The notes under the pieces: model-generated
The model's database searches: none
Told to the model about the DNA's origin: nothing
The model's input: only the letters and a program-made list of their open reading frames with translations
Translations under genes and position numbers: made by a program
Part shown: positions 43,106 through 54,023 of the stretch, in pieces
How the letters are laid out: each line of letters opens with the position of its first letter
Position numbering within the stretch: position 1 is the stretch's first letter
NCBI GenBank assembly: GCA_964252075.1
Contig: CAXULY010000008.1
Location: 32,001-96,000, forward strand
Reading direction: 5' to 3'
DNA length: 64,000 nucleotides
From: an uncultured Deinococcaceae bacterium
GTDB taxonomy: Bacteria; Deinococcota; Deinococci; Deinococcales; Deinococcaceae

Positions 43106-43137
43106 AAAAGCGCCCCGTGGATCACTCCACGGGGCGC
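43106..43137 (-). terminator. Terminator for clpC (probably bidirectional)
   Basis: GCGCCCCGTGGA-TCAC-TCCACGGGGCGC with AAAA on the left, giving a U-tract on the minus strand. Confidence 0.8.
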
Positions 43138-43150
43138 CCTTCGTCGTTGG

Positions 43151-45375
<2,225 letters not shown>

Positions 45376-45379
<4 letters not shown>

Positions 45380-45432
45380 GGCCTACCCCCAAGTCGGGCT
45401 CGAGCTCGGCGCTGGGGCGCGTTTTCGCTCAT
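45376..45432 (-). CDS. Putative leaderless leader peptide of clpC (MSENAPQRRARARLGGRP)
   Basis: ATG lies 5 nt after TAGAAT (45438-45443). TGA overlaps the clpC ATG (ATGA). Confidence 0.45.
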
Positions 45433-45695
45433 AGTGGATTCTACTCTATGGTCCTTTGAAGCCGGGTAGAGCGTCACATGTCACCATGTACGCCACGAAC
45501 GTAACGAACGGCCAACGTGCCCATCACGAACCAAACGTGCCGTCGGAAAGGCCGCGCGCAGGGGCAGCACCTCGGGAAAACCCCGCCCTGGACCGCACGA
45601 AACGCGCCCGAACGCCCCTGCATTCTAGCGGCGGCGGCCCCACAGCGGCGCAGACTTGCCCCCACCGCATGAGGCGCCGCTCTAGGATGACGGCC

Positions 45696-45740
45696 ATGCC
45701 TGACGCCCACGCCCCAGCACCCCGAAACGCAGGGGCCTGA
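45696..45740 (+). CDS. Putative leaderless leader peptide (MPDAHAPAPRNAGA)
   Basis: ATG lies 7 nt after TAGGAT (45683-45688). TGA directly abuts the ATG at 45741. Confidence 0.4.
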   Translation: MPDAHAPAPRNAGA

Positions 45741-46019
45741 ATGCCGCTCCTGCGCCTCGAAATCCTCACGGACGGCCTTGACCCCGGCACGCGCGAAGCC
45801 CTACTGGAAACCATCTGGGAGGAACTGCGCATCAGCCCCGGCATGGTGACCGCCGACGGGAACTTCGAACTGGCCCTCGTGCGCGGCGGCGAGCCGGACG
45901 AGGCGCCCAGCCTGCGCCTCGCGGACAGCCTGCACGTGCGCGTCACGCCCGAGCGCCTGCGCGACCTGTTGCGCCAGCGCCGCCCCGACCGCGCCGGAGG
46001 CATTCGCCGGAGCAGCTGA
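45741..46019 (+). CDS. Cysteine-less NuoE-like thioredoxin-fold small protein
   Basis: LLETIWEELRISPGMVTADGNFEL...APSLRL...VTPERLRDLL resembles the NuoE C-terminal domain. The protein has no Cys. Confidence 0.6.
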   Translation: MPLLRLEILTDGLDPGTREALLETIWEELRISPGMVTADGNFELALVRGGEPDEAPSLRLADSLHVRVTPERLRDLLRQRRPDRAGGIRRSS

Positions 46020-46058
46020 GCGGCAGGCTGGGGCCCGCCCCTCGATTATGATGGCCGC

Positions 46059-46778
46059 ATGAAAGCCCCTCACCTGGCCCTCGCGGGCGTGGGCCTGCTG
46101 CTCACCGCCTGCCTGGACGATGGCCTCCCCAACCCCACCCCGTCGTCCGTGGTGCTCGGCGTCCGCCTCTCCGCGCCCGCGCCGCAGGATCTGCGGGTCG
46201 TCGCGTACGCCGCGCTGTTCGACCAGGGCCAGGACCGGGGGGTGACACTGGTGGGCTCGAACAGCGTGGCGCCCGGCAGCACACAGGGCCAGCTGTTCCT
46301 CTCGACCTCCGCGCTGGACGCCGTGCAGCGTGACCCGATGTGCTTCGGCCCCGTGAAGAGCGCCGACCCGACGCACCCCAGCCTGGACACCAGGGACCTC
46401 GACCAGGGCACGCTGATCGTGACGCCCGACACCGCGAACACCTGCATGGTGTTCATCGCGGCGTACCGGGACCTGAACGGCAACAACCAGCCGGAGGAAT
46501 CCGAGGTGCTGTTCGACACGCACGACCAGTTCGTGTACGCCGACCGGGACTTCACGTACAGCGGCGAGGACGCGGGCACGCACCACGCCACGGAGCGCGG
46601 CAACCGCCTGAAGGGCTGGACGCTGGTGCGGCACACGGTCATCGCGCCGTCGAACGCGCCCGGCACGTATCAGCTCAGCATGAACAGCGTGACCCCGACC
46701 ACCAGCAACACCTACGACGTGTTCCTGCATGAACCCAGCAACTTCTTCACCAGCATGAGCGTGGGGGGGCGCAAGTGA
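46059..46778 (+). CDS. Predicted lipoprotein (paralog A)
   Basis: LLLTA-C lipobox and DLNGNNQPEESE. Leaderless (TATGAT plus 6 nt). Confidence 0.85.
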   Translation: MKAPHLALAGVGLLLTACLDDGLPNPTPSSVVLGVRLSAPAPQDLRVVAYAALFDQGQDRGVTLVGSNSVAPGSTQGQLFLSTSALDAVQRDPMCFGPVKSADPTHPSLDTRDLDQGTLIVTPDTANTCMVFIAAYRDLNGNNQPEESEVLFDTHDQFVYADRDFTYSGEDAGTHHATERGNRLKGWTLVRHTVIAPSNAPGTYQLSMNSVTPTTSNTYDVFLHEPSNFFTSMSVGGRK

Positions 46779-47392
46779 GGCGCGCCGCGCTGCTCGCCCT
46801 CGGCCTGCTGCTTGCCGCCTGCTCGCAGGGCGAGCCCAGCGGGGGCGGGCGCCCGGACCTCCCGGAAACCAGCCGCGTGGCGTTCCCCGCCGCGCCCGGC
46901 GGCGCGAGCGTGTACCTCAGCCTCCTCACAGACGACGGTCAGACGCTGTACCAGCGGGCCGTCCCGGCGGGCGCCACCGAGGTGAGTGTCAGCCCCGCCC
47001 AGTGGCTGAACGTCACGCCCCCCACCGTGCCCGCCCTCACGCTCGTGCCGGACGACGCGCAGGACGTGCGCCTCTCGGACCCGGGCGCGCGGATCGCGCT
47101 CTTCCACTGGACCCTCTGGCAGGACGCCAACGCGGACGGACGCCTCCAGAACGGCGAGGCACTGGACCTCATGACGCACGACCGCGTCGCGTACGCCAGC
47201 GCGGCCTTCACGCTGACCTTCCAGGACCTCACGCCGGACATGCAGGAGCGCTGGACGCTCCCGCAGGGCTGGAGCCGCGCGAGTCACTACGTGTACCTGC
47301 CGAAGGGCAGCACCACGTACCGCCGCAGCGTGGACGGCGTGCCCACCTACGACTTCACGCTGCACACCCCCACGCCTGTCACGAGCATGTGA
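46775..47392 (+). CDS. Predicted lipoprotein (paralog B)
   Basis: LLAA-C lipobox and DANADGRLQNGE. GTGA overlap with paralog A. Confidence 0.85.
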   Translation: MRRAALLALGLLLAACSQGEPSGGGRPDLPETSRVAFPAAPGGASVYLSLLTDDGQTLYQRAVPAGATEVSVSPAQWLNVTPPTVPALTLVPDDAQDVRLSDPGARIALFHWTLWQDANADGRLQNGEALDLMTHDRVAYASAAFTLTFQDLTPDMQERWTLPQGWSRASHYVYLPKGSTTYRRSVDGVPTYDFTLHTPTPVTSM

Positions 47393-47452
47393 CGCGGCAC
47401 TCGTCTGGCCCTGCGCTCGCACGAGGGGGCGCGCGCGGGCCAGAATGAGGGC

Positions 47453-48607
47453 ATGCCCGACCACATTCCCCTGAACCGCCGCCGACTGATCGCCCCCGGA
47501 CCCGTGGAGGTCGAGCCGGAGGTGCTGCTCACGCTCGCGCAGCCGCAGCCGCACCACCGCTCGCCCGAAGGCATCGCGCGCCTGATGTCGGCGCGGGAGA
47601 AACTCACGCAGCTGCTGGGCGACCCGTACCAGGCGGTCATTGTGACGGGCAGCGGCACCGCCGCCTTCGAGGGCGCCCTCGTGAGCCTCGCGCCGGAGGG
47701 TGCGAAGGTCGTGAACGCGCAGGCCGGGAAGTTCAGCGAGCGCTGGGGCGAGATGGCGCAGCGCTTCGGGTACGACACCACCCTGATCGCGCGGCCCTGG
47801 GGTGAGCTGCTGGACCCGCAGGAGATCGCGGACGCCTGCCAGGGCGCGCACACCCTCACCATCACGCACAGCGAGACCAGCACGGGCGCCCTGCACGACC
47901 TGCAGGCCATCGCGGCCGCCGCGAAGGCGCAGAACCCGGACCTCATCATCATCGCGGACTGCATCACCAGTTACGGCGTGGCGGAACTGCGCCCCGCCGA
48001 GTGGGGCGTGGACGTGATCGTGAGCGGCTCGCAGAAGGCGACCGCCACGCCGCCCGGCCTGGGCTTCGTGCTGTTCAGCGAGGCGGCCGAGGCGCGCCTC
48101 ATCGCGGGCACCCGCAAGGGCTTCTACCTGGACCTGGAGCGCGAGCTGAAGGGCCAGAAGGCCGGGAACACCCCGCAGACGCCCGCCATCAACCTGATTT
48201 ACGCGCTGGATCAGGCGCTCGACCGTCTGCTCTCGGTGCCGCACGAGGTGCTGTGGCAGGAGAAGGCGCGGCAGGCGAACGCGCTCGTCGCGGCGGGCCG
48301 CGCGCTCGGCGCGGACCCCTGGGCGAGCCGCACGACGCCCGCCGTGGCGGTCCTGAAGCCGCCCGCCGGCCTCACGGGGCGTGGCGTGGCGGCGCGCCTC
48401 GCGGAGCTCGGGCAGCGCGCCCTGCCAGGGCAGGCGCCGCACGAGGACACGGTGTTCCGCATCTCGACCCTCGGGTACGCTGACCGCTACGACGCGCTCG
48501 GCATCGCGGGCATCCTGGAGGACACCTTCAACGGCCTGGGCGTGCAGTTCGAGTACGGCGCGGGGGTCGCGGCCGCCTGGAAGGCCATCGGGCAGGGCCT
48601 CGACTGA
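47453..48607 (+). CDS. Class V PLP aminotransferase (alanine-glyoxylate/serine-pyruvate type)
   Basis: [32 protein letters not shown] and GSQK (PLP Lys). Confidence 0.92.
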   Translation: MPDHIPLNRRRLIAPGPVEVEPEVLLTLAQPQPHHRSPEGIARLMSAREKLTQLLGDPYQAVIVTGSGTAAFEGALVSLAPEGAKVVNAQAGKFSERWGEMAQRFGYDTTLIARPWGELLDPQEIADACQGAHTLTITHSETSTGALHDLQAIAAAAKAQNPDLIIIADCITSYGVAELRPAEWGVDVIVSGSQKATATPPGLGFVLFSEAAEARLIAGTRKGFYLDLERELKGQKAGNTPQTPAINLIYALDQALDRLLSVPHEVLWQEKARQANALVAAGRALGADPWASRTTPAVAVLKPPAGLTGRGVAARLAELGQRALPGQAPHEDTVFRISTLGYADRYDALGIAGILEDTFNGLGVQFEYGAGVAAAWKAIGQGLD

Positions 48608-48609
48608 GG

Positions 48610-49122
48610 ATGCACGCCACCCCTGGAGGAGGGCCGAGCGGTGAGCACCCCGCAGGGGCGCCCACCCTCTTCCTGATGGTGGGGCTGCCGGGCGCGGGCA
48701 AAACGACCGTGGCCCGGCAGCTGGAAGTGCAGCGCGGCGCCCTGCGGCTCTCACCGGACGAGTGGCTAATCCCCCTGTTCGGGGCGGACGAGCACCCCAG
48801 CCCGGCACAGCGGGAGACCGTCGAGGCCCTGCAGTGGGCGGTGGCCGCCCGCGCCCTCGCGCTGGGCCTGAGTGTCGTGCTGGAAAATGGCTTCTGGCGG
48901 CGCGACGAGCGCCAGGACCTGCGCCGGAAGGCGGCGGAGCTCGGCGCGCGGTGCGAATTGGTCTACCTGGACGTGCCGCGCGCCGAGCTGTGGGCCCGCC
49001 TGGAGCGGCGCAACCGTGAGCGCCCGCCCGGCACCTTCACGGTCGCTGCCGCCGACCTGGACACCTGGCTGGGCTGGTTCGAGCCGCCGGACGACGCGGA
49101 ACTCGGTTCGTCCGGCGGCTGA
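48610..49122 (+). CDS. AAA_33 P-loop kinase-like protein
   Basis: GLPGAGKTT, RLSPDEW, VVLENGFW and RLERRN. Confidence 0.85.
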   Translation: MHATPGGGPSGEHPAGAPTLFLMVGLPGAGKTTVARQLEVQRGALRLSPDEWLIPLFGADEHPSPAQRETVEALQWAVAARALALGLSVVLENGFWRRDERQDLRRKAAELGARCELVYLDVPRAELWARLERRNRERPPGTFTVAAADLDTWLGWFEPPDDAELGSSGG

Positions 49123-49206
49123 TTCCCGCGGACGGCGGGCCGCCCGAACTCTCATGCAGGGTCGCCTGTCGGCAGACGCTTTTCATCTGGCGCTGTTACC
49201 CTGTGT

Positions 49207-49266
49207 GTACCCTTTCCCTCCCCAATAAAGGGTGGTTGGGCGGCCCACAAGCCGCCCAATCTTTCT
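49207..49266 (+). ncRNA. Candidate small RNA with C/U-rich anti-SD loop
   Basis: Extended -10 TG-t-TACCCT (49194-49202), hairpin TACCCTTT-CCCTCCCCAAT-AAAGGGTG, then terminator TTGGGCGGC-CCACAA-GCCGCCCAA-TCTTT. Confidence 0.55.
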
Positions 49267-49281
49267 GCGGCGCCCCAGACG

Positions 49282-50286
49282 TCAGATCAGTCCGGCGCGC
49301 TGCAGTTCCCGCGTGGCCTCCCGCTCGAAGGTGGCGCTCGCCTCCGCGAACGGCACGCGCAGGGTGGCGCCCGCCGCCGCGACGTGCCCGCCGCCGCCGC
49401 ACGCCACGGCGATGTTCTGCGCGCTCACGCGGCCCCGCGAGCGCAACGAGAGCTTCACGCTGTCCCCGTGGTCCTTGAAGAGCGCCGCGAGTTCCGTGCC
49501 CTCGGCGCTGCGGATCACGCTCACGTAGTTCTCCACGTCCTCCCAGCTCGCGCCCGCGCGGTCCAGCATGTCCTGCGTCACACGCGCCGTCACGACCAGC
49601 CCCCCGAACGGGTACGCCATGCTGCCCAGCACGCCCTCCAGCAGCGTGAAGTAATTGCGCGGCTGCTGCGCGAGGTTCTCGTTCATCCACGGCAGGCTCG
49701 CGCCGCGCTCCACGAGGTCCGCGGCGGCGCGTAGCACCTCGGGGGTGGTGTTCGAGAAGCGGAAGGACCCGGTGTCCGTGTTGAGGCCCAGCAGCACGGG
49801 GTTCGCGATGCCCGGCGTCCACTCGACGCCCAGCGCGTTCACGATGTGCAGGATCATCTGCGCGGTGGCGGCCTGACTGGGGTCCACGAGGCCCAGGTCC
49901 GCGCGGCGCCTGTTGGTGCCGTGGTGATCCACATTGATGACCGCGCCCGCGAAGGTGCTGAGGTCGGCGCCCTCCACGCGCGCCGTGTCGTTGTTGTCCA
50001 CGTCGAGCACCACCAGCAGGGCGCCCTCCGGCCAGGCCGTCAGGTGATCCTCGATCTCGCCGGGTTCCGGCACGAACTGCAGGTAGCGCGGCACGCGCAT
50101 GAAGGTGCGGGCGTCCTGGCCGAGCGCGCGCAGGGCGCGCTGCAGGCCCAGGCAGCTTCCGATGGCGTCCCCGTCCGGGTCGACGTGAGAGAGGATCACG
50201 ATGGGACCCTCGTGCGCCCTGAGGCGCGCGGCGATGGCGGCCGTCAGCTCCTCGAAGCGCGGTTCGGCGGCATTGCGGGCAGTCAT
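49282..50286 (-). CDS. nrnA: DHH/DHHA1 oligoribonuclease/pAp phosphatase
   Basis: SHVDPDGDAIGS, VDHH, DTGSF, SLRS and GGGGH. Leaderless (TATACT plus 6 nt). Confidence 0.9.
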   Translation of the reverse strand: MTARNAAEPRFEELTAAIAARLRAHEGPIVILSHVDPDGDAIGSCLGLQRALRALGQDARTFMRVPRYLQFVPEPGEIEDHLTAWPEGALLVVLDVDNNDTARVEGADLSTFAGAVINVDHHGTNRRRADLGLVDPSQAATAQMILHIVNALGVEWTPGIANPVLLGLNTDTGSFRFSNTTPEVLRAAADLVERGASLPWMNENLAQQPRNYFTLLEGVLGSMAYPFGGLVVTARVTQDMLDRAGASWEDVENYVSVIRSAEGTELAALFKDHGDSVKLSLRSRGRVSAQNIAVACGGGGHVAAAGATLRVPFAEASATFEREATRELQRAGLI

Positions 50287-50345
50287 GCGCAGAGTATACG
50301 GGCCGAATTGTGAAAATCGCACGGCTGGCCCGCTATACTGCGCCG

Positions 50346-51005
50346 GTGGCCCAGCGCCTCAATCTGGCTGCCCTGACCGCCGAGGAGCTCTCACGGCTGC
50401 TCGGGGAGGGACGCGCGCAGCGCCTCCTCCCCGACATCGCGACGGCCCGCATGGCGGGCCGACCGTACCCCGGACCGCTGGTGCCGGTGGGGGCGCCCTT
50501 CGAGCCGGTCGAGGCGCGCGCGTGGGGCGCGACCCTCGATCACGCGCGCGCGCTGACCGACATGGCGGCCACCCTGCGCGAGCTAGGCTTCACGGACCTC
50601 GGCGCCCTGCGCGCGCCCGGCGAGCTGAACGCCCCGTACCGCCTGGCCTTCGTGAACGGCCAGGACAGCGCCGCCATGTTGAGCTGGGATGAAGCGCCGG
50701 GTGGGCCGGAGCCCTTCGCGCAGTTCCTGAGCCTCCTGCGGGACCGCGCGAGCGGGCTGGCGGCCGTGCTGACCAGCAGCGCCGCGCAGGCGCCCGCGCC
50801 CGCCCCGAGCGAGGAGACGGACCTGCAGGTGCTGCCGGGCGCGCCCCTCAGCGAGGTGTGGGCGGCGCACCAGGCGCGCCTGATCAGACAGGGGCGCGGT
50901 CAGAAAATGGCGACGCTGGCGGACTTCGAGCGCGCCTGGGAGACGCAGCTGGCCCTCGACCTGACCGCCTGGGCGCGCCGAGGCCTCATGATGGAAGCCA
51001 CATGA
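50346..51005 (+). CDS. Hypothetical protein
   Basis: GTG lies 6 nt after TATACT. First gene of an overlap-coupled run. Confidence 0.7.
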   Translation: MAQRLNLAALTAEELSRLLGEGRAQRLLPDIATARMAGRPYPGPLVPVGAPFEPVEARAWGATLDHARALTDMAATLRELGFTDLGALRAPGELNAPYRLAFVNGQDSAAMLSWDEAPGGPEPFAQFLSLLRDRASGLAAVLTSSAAQAPAPAPSEETDLQVLPGAPLSEVWAAHQARLIRQGRGQKMATLADFERAWETQLALDLTAWARRGLMMEAT

Positions 51006-51670
51006 TGGACGCGACGAGCCCCGACCTCATCCCCCCACGCCCCGGACCTGAGCGGCACGTTGCCTTCGACTGGGGCGGCGTGTTCACCGTGGGCACCTTC
51101 GACGGTCGCTCCACCGCGCGCCTCGCCGAGCGCCTCGCGCTGCCCGTGGAGCGGGTGCGCGACAGTTACTTCCGGCACGTGCATCAGCTGGAGGTGGGCG
51201 CCTGGACCCTGCCGGAATTCTGGGTCCAGCAGCAGTCGGAGCTCGGCACCGACCTGCCCTACGTGGACTTCGAGGCGCTGTACCTGGGCAGCGTGCACCG
51301 CAATGAGCCCATGTACGCCCTCCTCGCGCGCCTCCCGGCGGGTGTGCGGGTGGGCCTGCTGAGCAACAACTACCCCGTGGTGAGTGACCACCTGCGCCTG
51401 GATCCGGCCTTCGCGCGCTTCGACACGCTGGTGTTCAGCAACGAACTGGGCGTCAAAAAACCCGATGAGCGGGCCTTCGAGGCGCTGGAGGAGGCGATGG
51501 GCGTGCCCGCCGCACAGGTGGCCTTCGTGGATGACGTGGTGGAAAACATTGAGGCGGCGCAGGCGGCGGGCTTCCACGGCCTGCTGTACGCGCACACCGA
51601 CCACCAGGACTTCGAGCGCCGCCTCGCGGGCTGGCTGGACAGGCCGGTCACGCTGGAGGTCACGCCATGA
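51002..51670 (+). CDS. HAD family hydrolase (YihX-like)
   Basis: AFDWGGV, LLSNN, GVKKPD and FVDDVVENIEAA. Confidence 0.9.
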   Translation: MMDATSPDLIPPRPGPERHVAFDWGGVFTVGTFDGRSTARLAERLALPVERVRDSYFRHVHQLEVGAWTLPEFWVQQQSELGTDLPYVDFEALYLGSVHRNEPMYALLARLPAGVRVGLLSNNYPVVSDHLRLDPAFARFDTLVFSNELGVKKPDERAFEALEEAMGVPAAQVAFVDDVVENIEAAQAAGFHGLLYAHTDHQDFERRLAGWLDRPVTLEVTP

Positions 51671-52011
51671 CGGACGCGCCGGAACGCAGCGCCGTGCGCC
51701 TGCTGCAGGGGTACCTGTGGCACCCCAAGGACGCCGACATCGACCTGGAGAACTACCTGCCGCGCGAGACGGAGGACGCCTTCGTGATGTGGGACGAGGT
51801 GGCGCCGCCCTTCGCCTTCTTCGACAACGGTGAGCCCAGCGCCTCGCAGACCGTCTACCAGTTCACGGTGCTGCGCCTGTACGACCAGAAGCCCGACAAC
51901 GACACCCTGCACGCGCACGCCGAGGCGGTCAGCGCGGCGCTCGCGCCGCTCCTGGACTCCACCCCGGAGGGCGTCGGCTGGGATTTGCGCGAGGACCTGC
52001 GCGAATTATGA
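51667..52011 (+). CDS. DUF3208 family protein
   Basis: VRLLQGYLWHP, PPFAFF..GEP...Q..YQFT and TPEGVGW..EDLR. Confidence 0.8.
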   Translation: MTDAPERSAVRLLQGYLWHPKDADIDLENYLPRETEDAFVMWDEVAPPFAFFDNGEPSASQTVYQFTVLRLYDQKPDNDTLHAHAEAVSAALAPLLDSTPEGVGWDLREDLREL

Positions 52012-52211
52012 CGCTGCGCTGGCTGGACCTGTACATCGAGGGCGACCCGCACCCGCGCCGCTTCGACCGCCTCGACCTGCTGCTCGCGTACCTGCGGCGC
52101 GTGGAGCGCCTGGACGACGCGGCGCTGGAGGAGATCGGGCGGGTGCGGGAGGTCGGGCCGCCCCTCGCGCGCCGCAGCTACCGCATTGACGTGCTGGACG
52201 GTCCGCGCTGA
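52008..52211 (+). CDS. Small hypothetical protein
   Basis: Overlap-coupled at both ends; LYIEGDPHPRRFD. Confidence 0.7.
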   Translation: MTLRWLDLYIEGDPHPRRFDRLDLLLAYLRRVERLDDAALEEIGRVREVGPPLARRSYRIDVLDGPR

Positions 52212-52792
52212 TGGACCTGCCGCCCGACGCCCCCAGCGTCGCCGTGCCCGTGTACGCCGAGGTGTGGGACCTGGAACTCGGCGCGGCCCTCACGGTATTC
52301 CGGCTGTGCGGTGGGGTGAACGCCGCGCACACCGTCGCGCGCTCGCGCGCCAGCGTGGTGGGGGCGGGTGGGCTCGTCACGACGCCGCAGCTGATCTTCG
52401 CGGCGCTGCCAGAACCCGCCGCGGTGTTCGTGCCGGGCGGGCCGGGCGCCGCGAAGGCCGCGCGCGACCCGCTGCTGCGGGAGTTCCTGCGCGACCAGTC
52501 CGCGCGCGGCGTGATCTTGGCGGCGAGCGGCAGCGGCGTGCTGGCGCTCGGTGAGGCGGGCGTCCTGCGGGACCGTCGCGTCGCCACGTCACCGGAACTG
52601 GTGGACACCGTCTGGGGCCACGACGCCAGCGACGTGCAGGCGGGCGGCTGGCTGCAGGACGGCCCGCTCGTGACCGCGCGGGGTGGGGTGGGCGCCCTGC
52701 ACGCGGCGCTCGCGGTGTCGGCGGCCGTGTGGGGGCCGGACGCCGCGCGCGACGCCGCGCAGCGCCTGGACGTGATGTGGGCGCCCGCGTGA
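52211..52792 (+). CDS. DJ-1/PfpI family protein lacking the nucleophile Cys
   Basis: VFVPGG, LAASGSGVLALGEAGVL and DGPLVTARG. Confidence 0.8.
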   Translation: MDLPPDAPSVAVPVYAEVWDLELGAALTVFRLCGGVNAAHTVARSRASVVGAGGLVTTPQLIFAALPEPAAVFVPGGPGAAKAARDPLLREFLRDQSARGVILAASGSGVLALGEAGVLRDRRVATSPELVDTVWGHDASDVQAGGWLQDGPLVTARGGVGALHAALAVSAAVWGPDAARDAAQRLDVMWAPA

Positions 52793-52805
52793 CCCCCGTG
52801 CGCCC

Positions 52806-53999
52806 GTGAGCGCGCCCGGCGCCCGCGTCATGACGCCCGCCCTGACGCTGCTGTTCGCGGTGGCGTGCGGGGCGGTCGTGGCGAACCTGTACTACACGCA
52901 GCCCCTGCTGGACGCCATCGGTGCGGCGCTGCGCGTGCCGAGCGCCACGGCGGGCCTGCTCGTGACGGTCACGCAGGTGGGGTACGCACTGGGCCTCGCA
53001 CTCATCGTGCCGCTCGGTGACGCCCTGAACCGCCGCCGGCTGGTGGTGTCGCTGCTGGCCCTCACCGTGGTCGCGCTCGTCGTCGCGGCGAGCGCGCCGG
53101 GCTTCGCGGCGTTCGCGGTTGGCTGCGCCCTGATTGGCCTCACGAGCTGCGCCGCGCAGGTGCTGGTGCCGTTCGCGGCGTCCCTCGCGCCGGACGCCAC
53201 CCGCGGGCGCGTGGTGGGCACCGTGATGAGCGGCCTGCTGCTCGGCATCCTGCTCGCGCGAACCTTCTCCGGGCTGCTCGCGAGCGTGGCGGGCTGGCGC
53301 GCCGTGTACCTCGCGGCGGCCGCCCTGATGCTGGTGCTGCTGCTGGTCCTGGCGCGCGCCCTCCCGCCGGACCGCAGGTCCGGCGGGCTGCCGTACGGGG
53401 CGCTGCTGCGCTCCACCCTGGCGCTCGCGCGGGAGGAACCCACGCTGCGCCTGCGCTCCCTGATGGGCCTCCTGATCTTCGCGGCGTTCAGCGTGCTGTG
53501 GACGGCCCTCGCGTTCCTGCTCTCCCGCCCGCCCTACAGTTACGGCGAGGGCGTCATCGGGGCCTTCGGGCTGATCGGCGCGGCGGGCGCCCTCGCGGCG
53601 GGCTTCGCGGGCCGATGGGCGGACCACGGGCACGCGCGGCGCTCCACCACGGCGTTTGGCGCGCTGATCCTGGTGTCGTTCGGGCTGATCTGGTGGGGCG
53701 GGCACGCCCTCGCCGCGCTCATCGCGGGCATCGTGCTCTTGGACCTGGGCGTGCAGGGCCTGCACATTACGAACCAGAGTGAGGTCTACCGCCTGCGCCC
53801 CGAGGCGCGCAGCCGCGTCACGACCGTGTACCTCACCAGTTACTTCGTGGGCGGCGCGCTCGGTTCCGGCGCCGCGAGCCTCGCGTGGGCGCGGGGCGGC
53901 TGGACCGGCGTGTCCGCCGCTGGGGCGCTGTTCGCGGCGCTGGTGCTGCTGGTGTGGGGTCTCGGCGCGCGAACCCCTCGCGGGTCGGCGCCCCGCTGA
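52806..53999 (+). CDS. MFS transporter
   Basis: About 12 TM segments, NLYYTQPLL, PLGDALNRRRL and GRWADHG. Confidence 0.92.
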   Translation: MSAPGARVMTPALTLLFAVACGAVVANLYYTQPLLDAIGAALRVPSATAGLLVTVTQVGYALGLALIVPLGDALNRRRLVVSLLALTVVALVVAASAPGFAAFAVGCALIGLTSCAAQVLVPFAASLAPDATRGRVVGTVMSGLLLGILLARTFSGLLASVAGWRAVYLAAAALMLVLLLVLARALPPDRRSGGLPYGALLRSTLALAREEPTLRLRSLMGLLIFAAFSVLWTALAFLLSRPPYSYGEGVIGAFGLIGAAGALAAGFAGRWADHGHARRSTTAFGALILVSFGLIWWGGHALAALIAGIVLLDLGVQGLHITNQSEVYRLRPEARSRVTTVYLTSYFVGGALGSGAASLAWARGGWTGVSAAGALFAALVLLVWGLGARTPRGSAPR

Positions 54000-54023
54000 C
54001 CGCCGGGGCGCCGAGCCCGGCCC

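Noticed and set aside
40804..43125. 773-aa minus-strand ORF
   Set aside because: Only the last 110 codons (MazG-like) are real. The rest is antisense to the FUSC gene.
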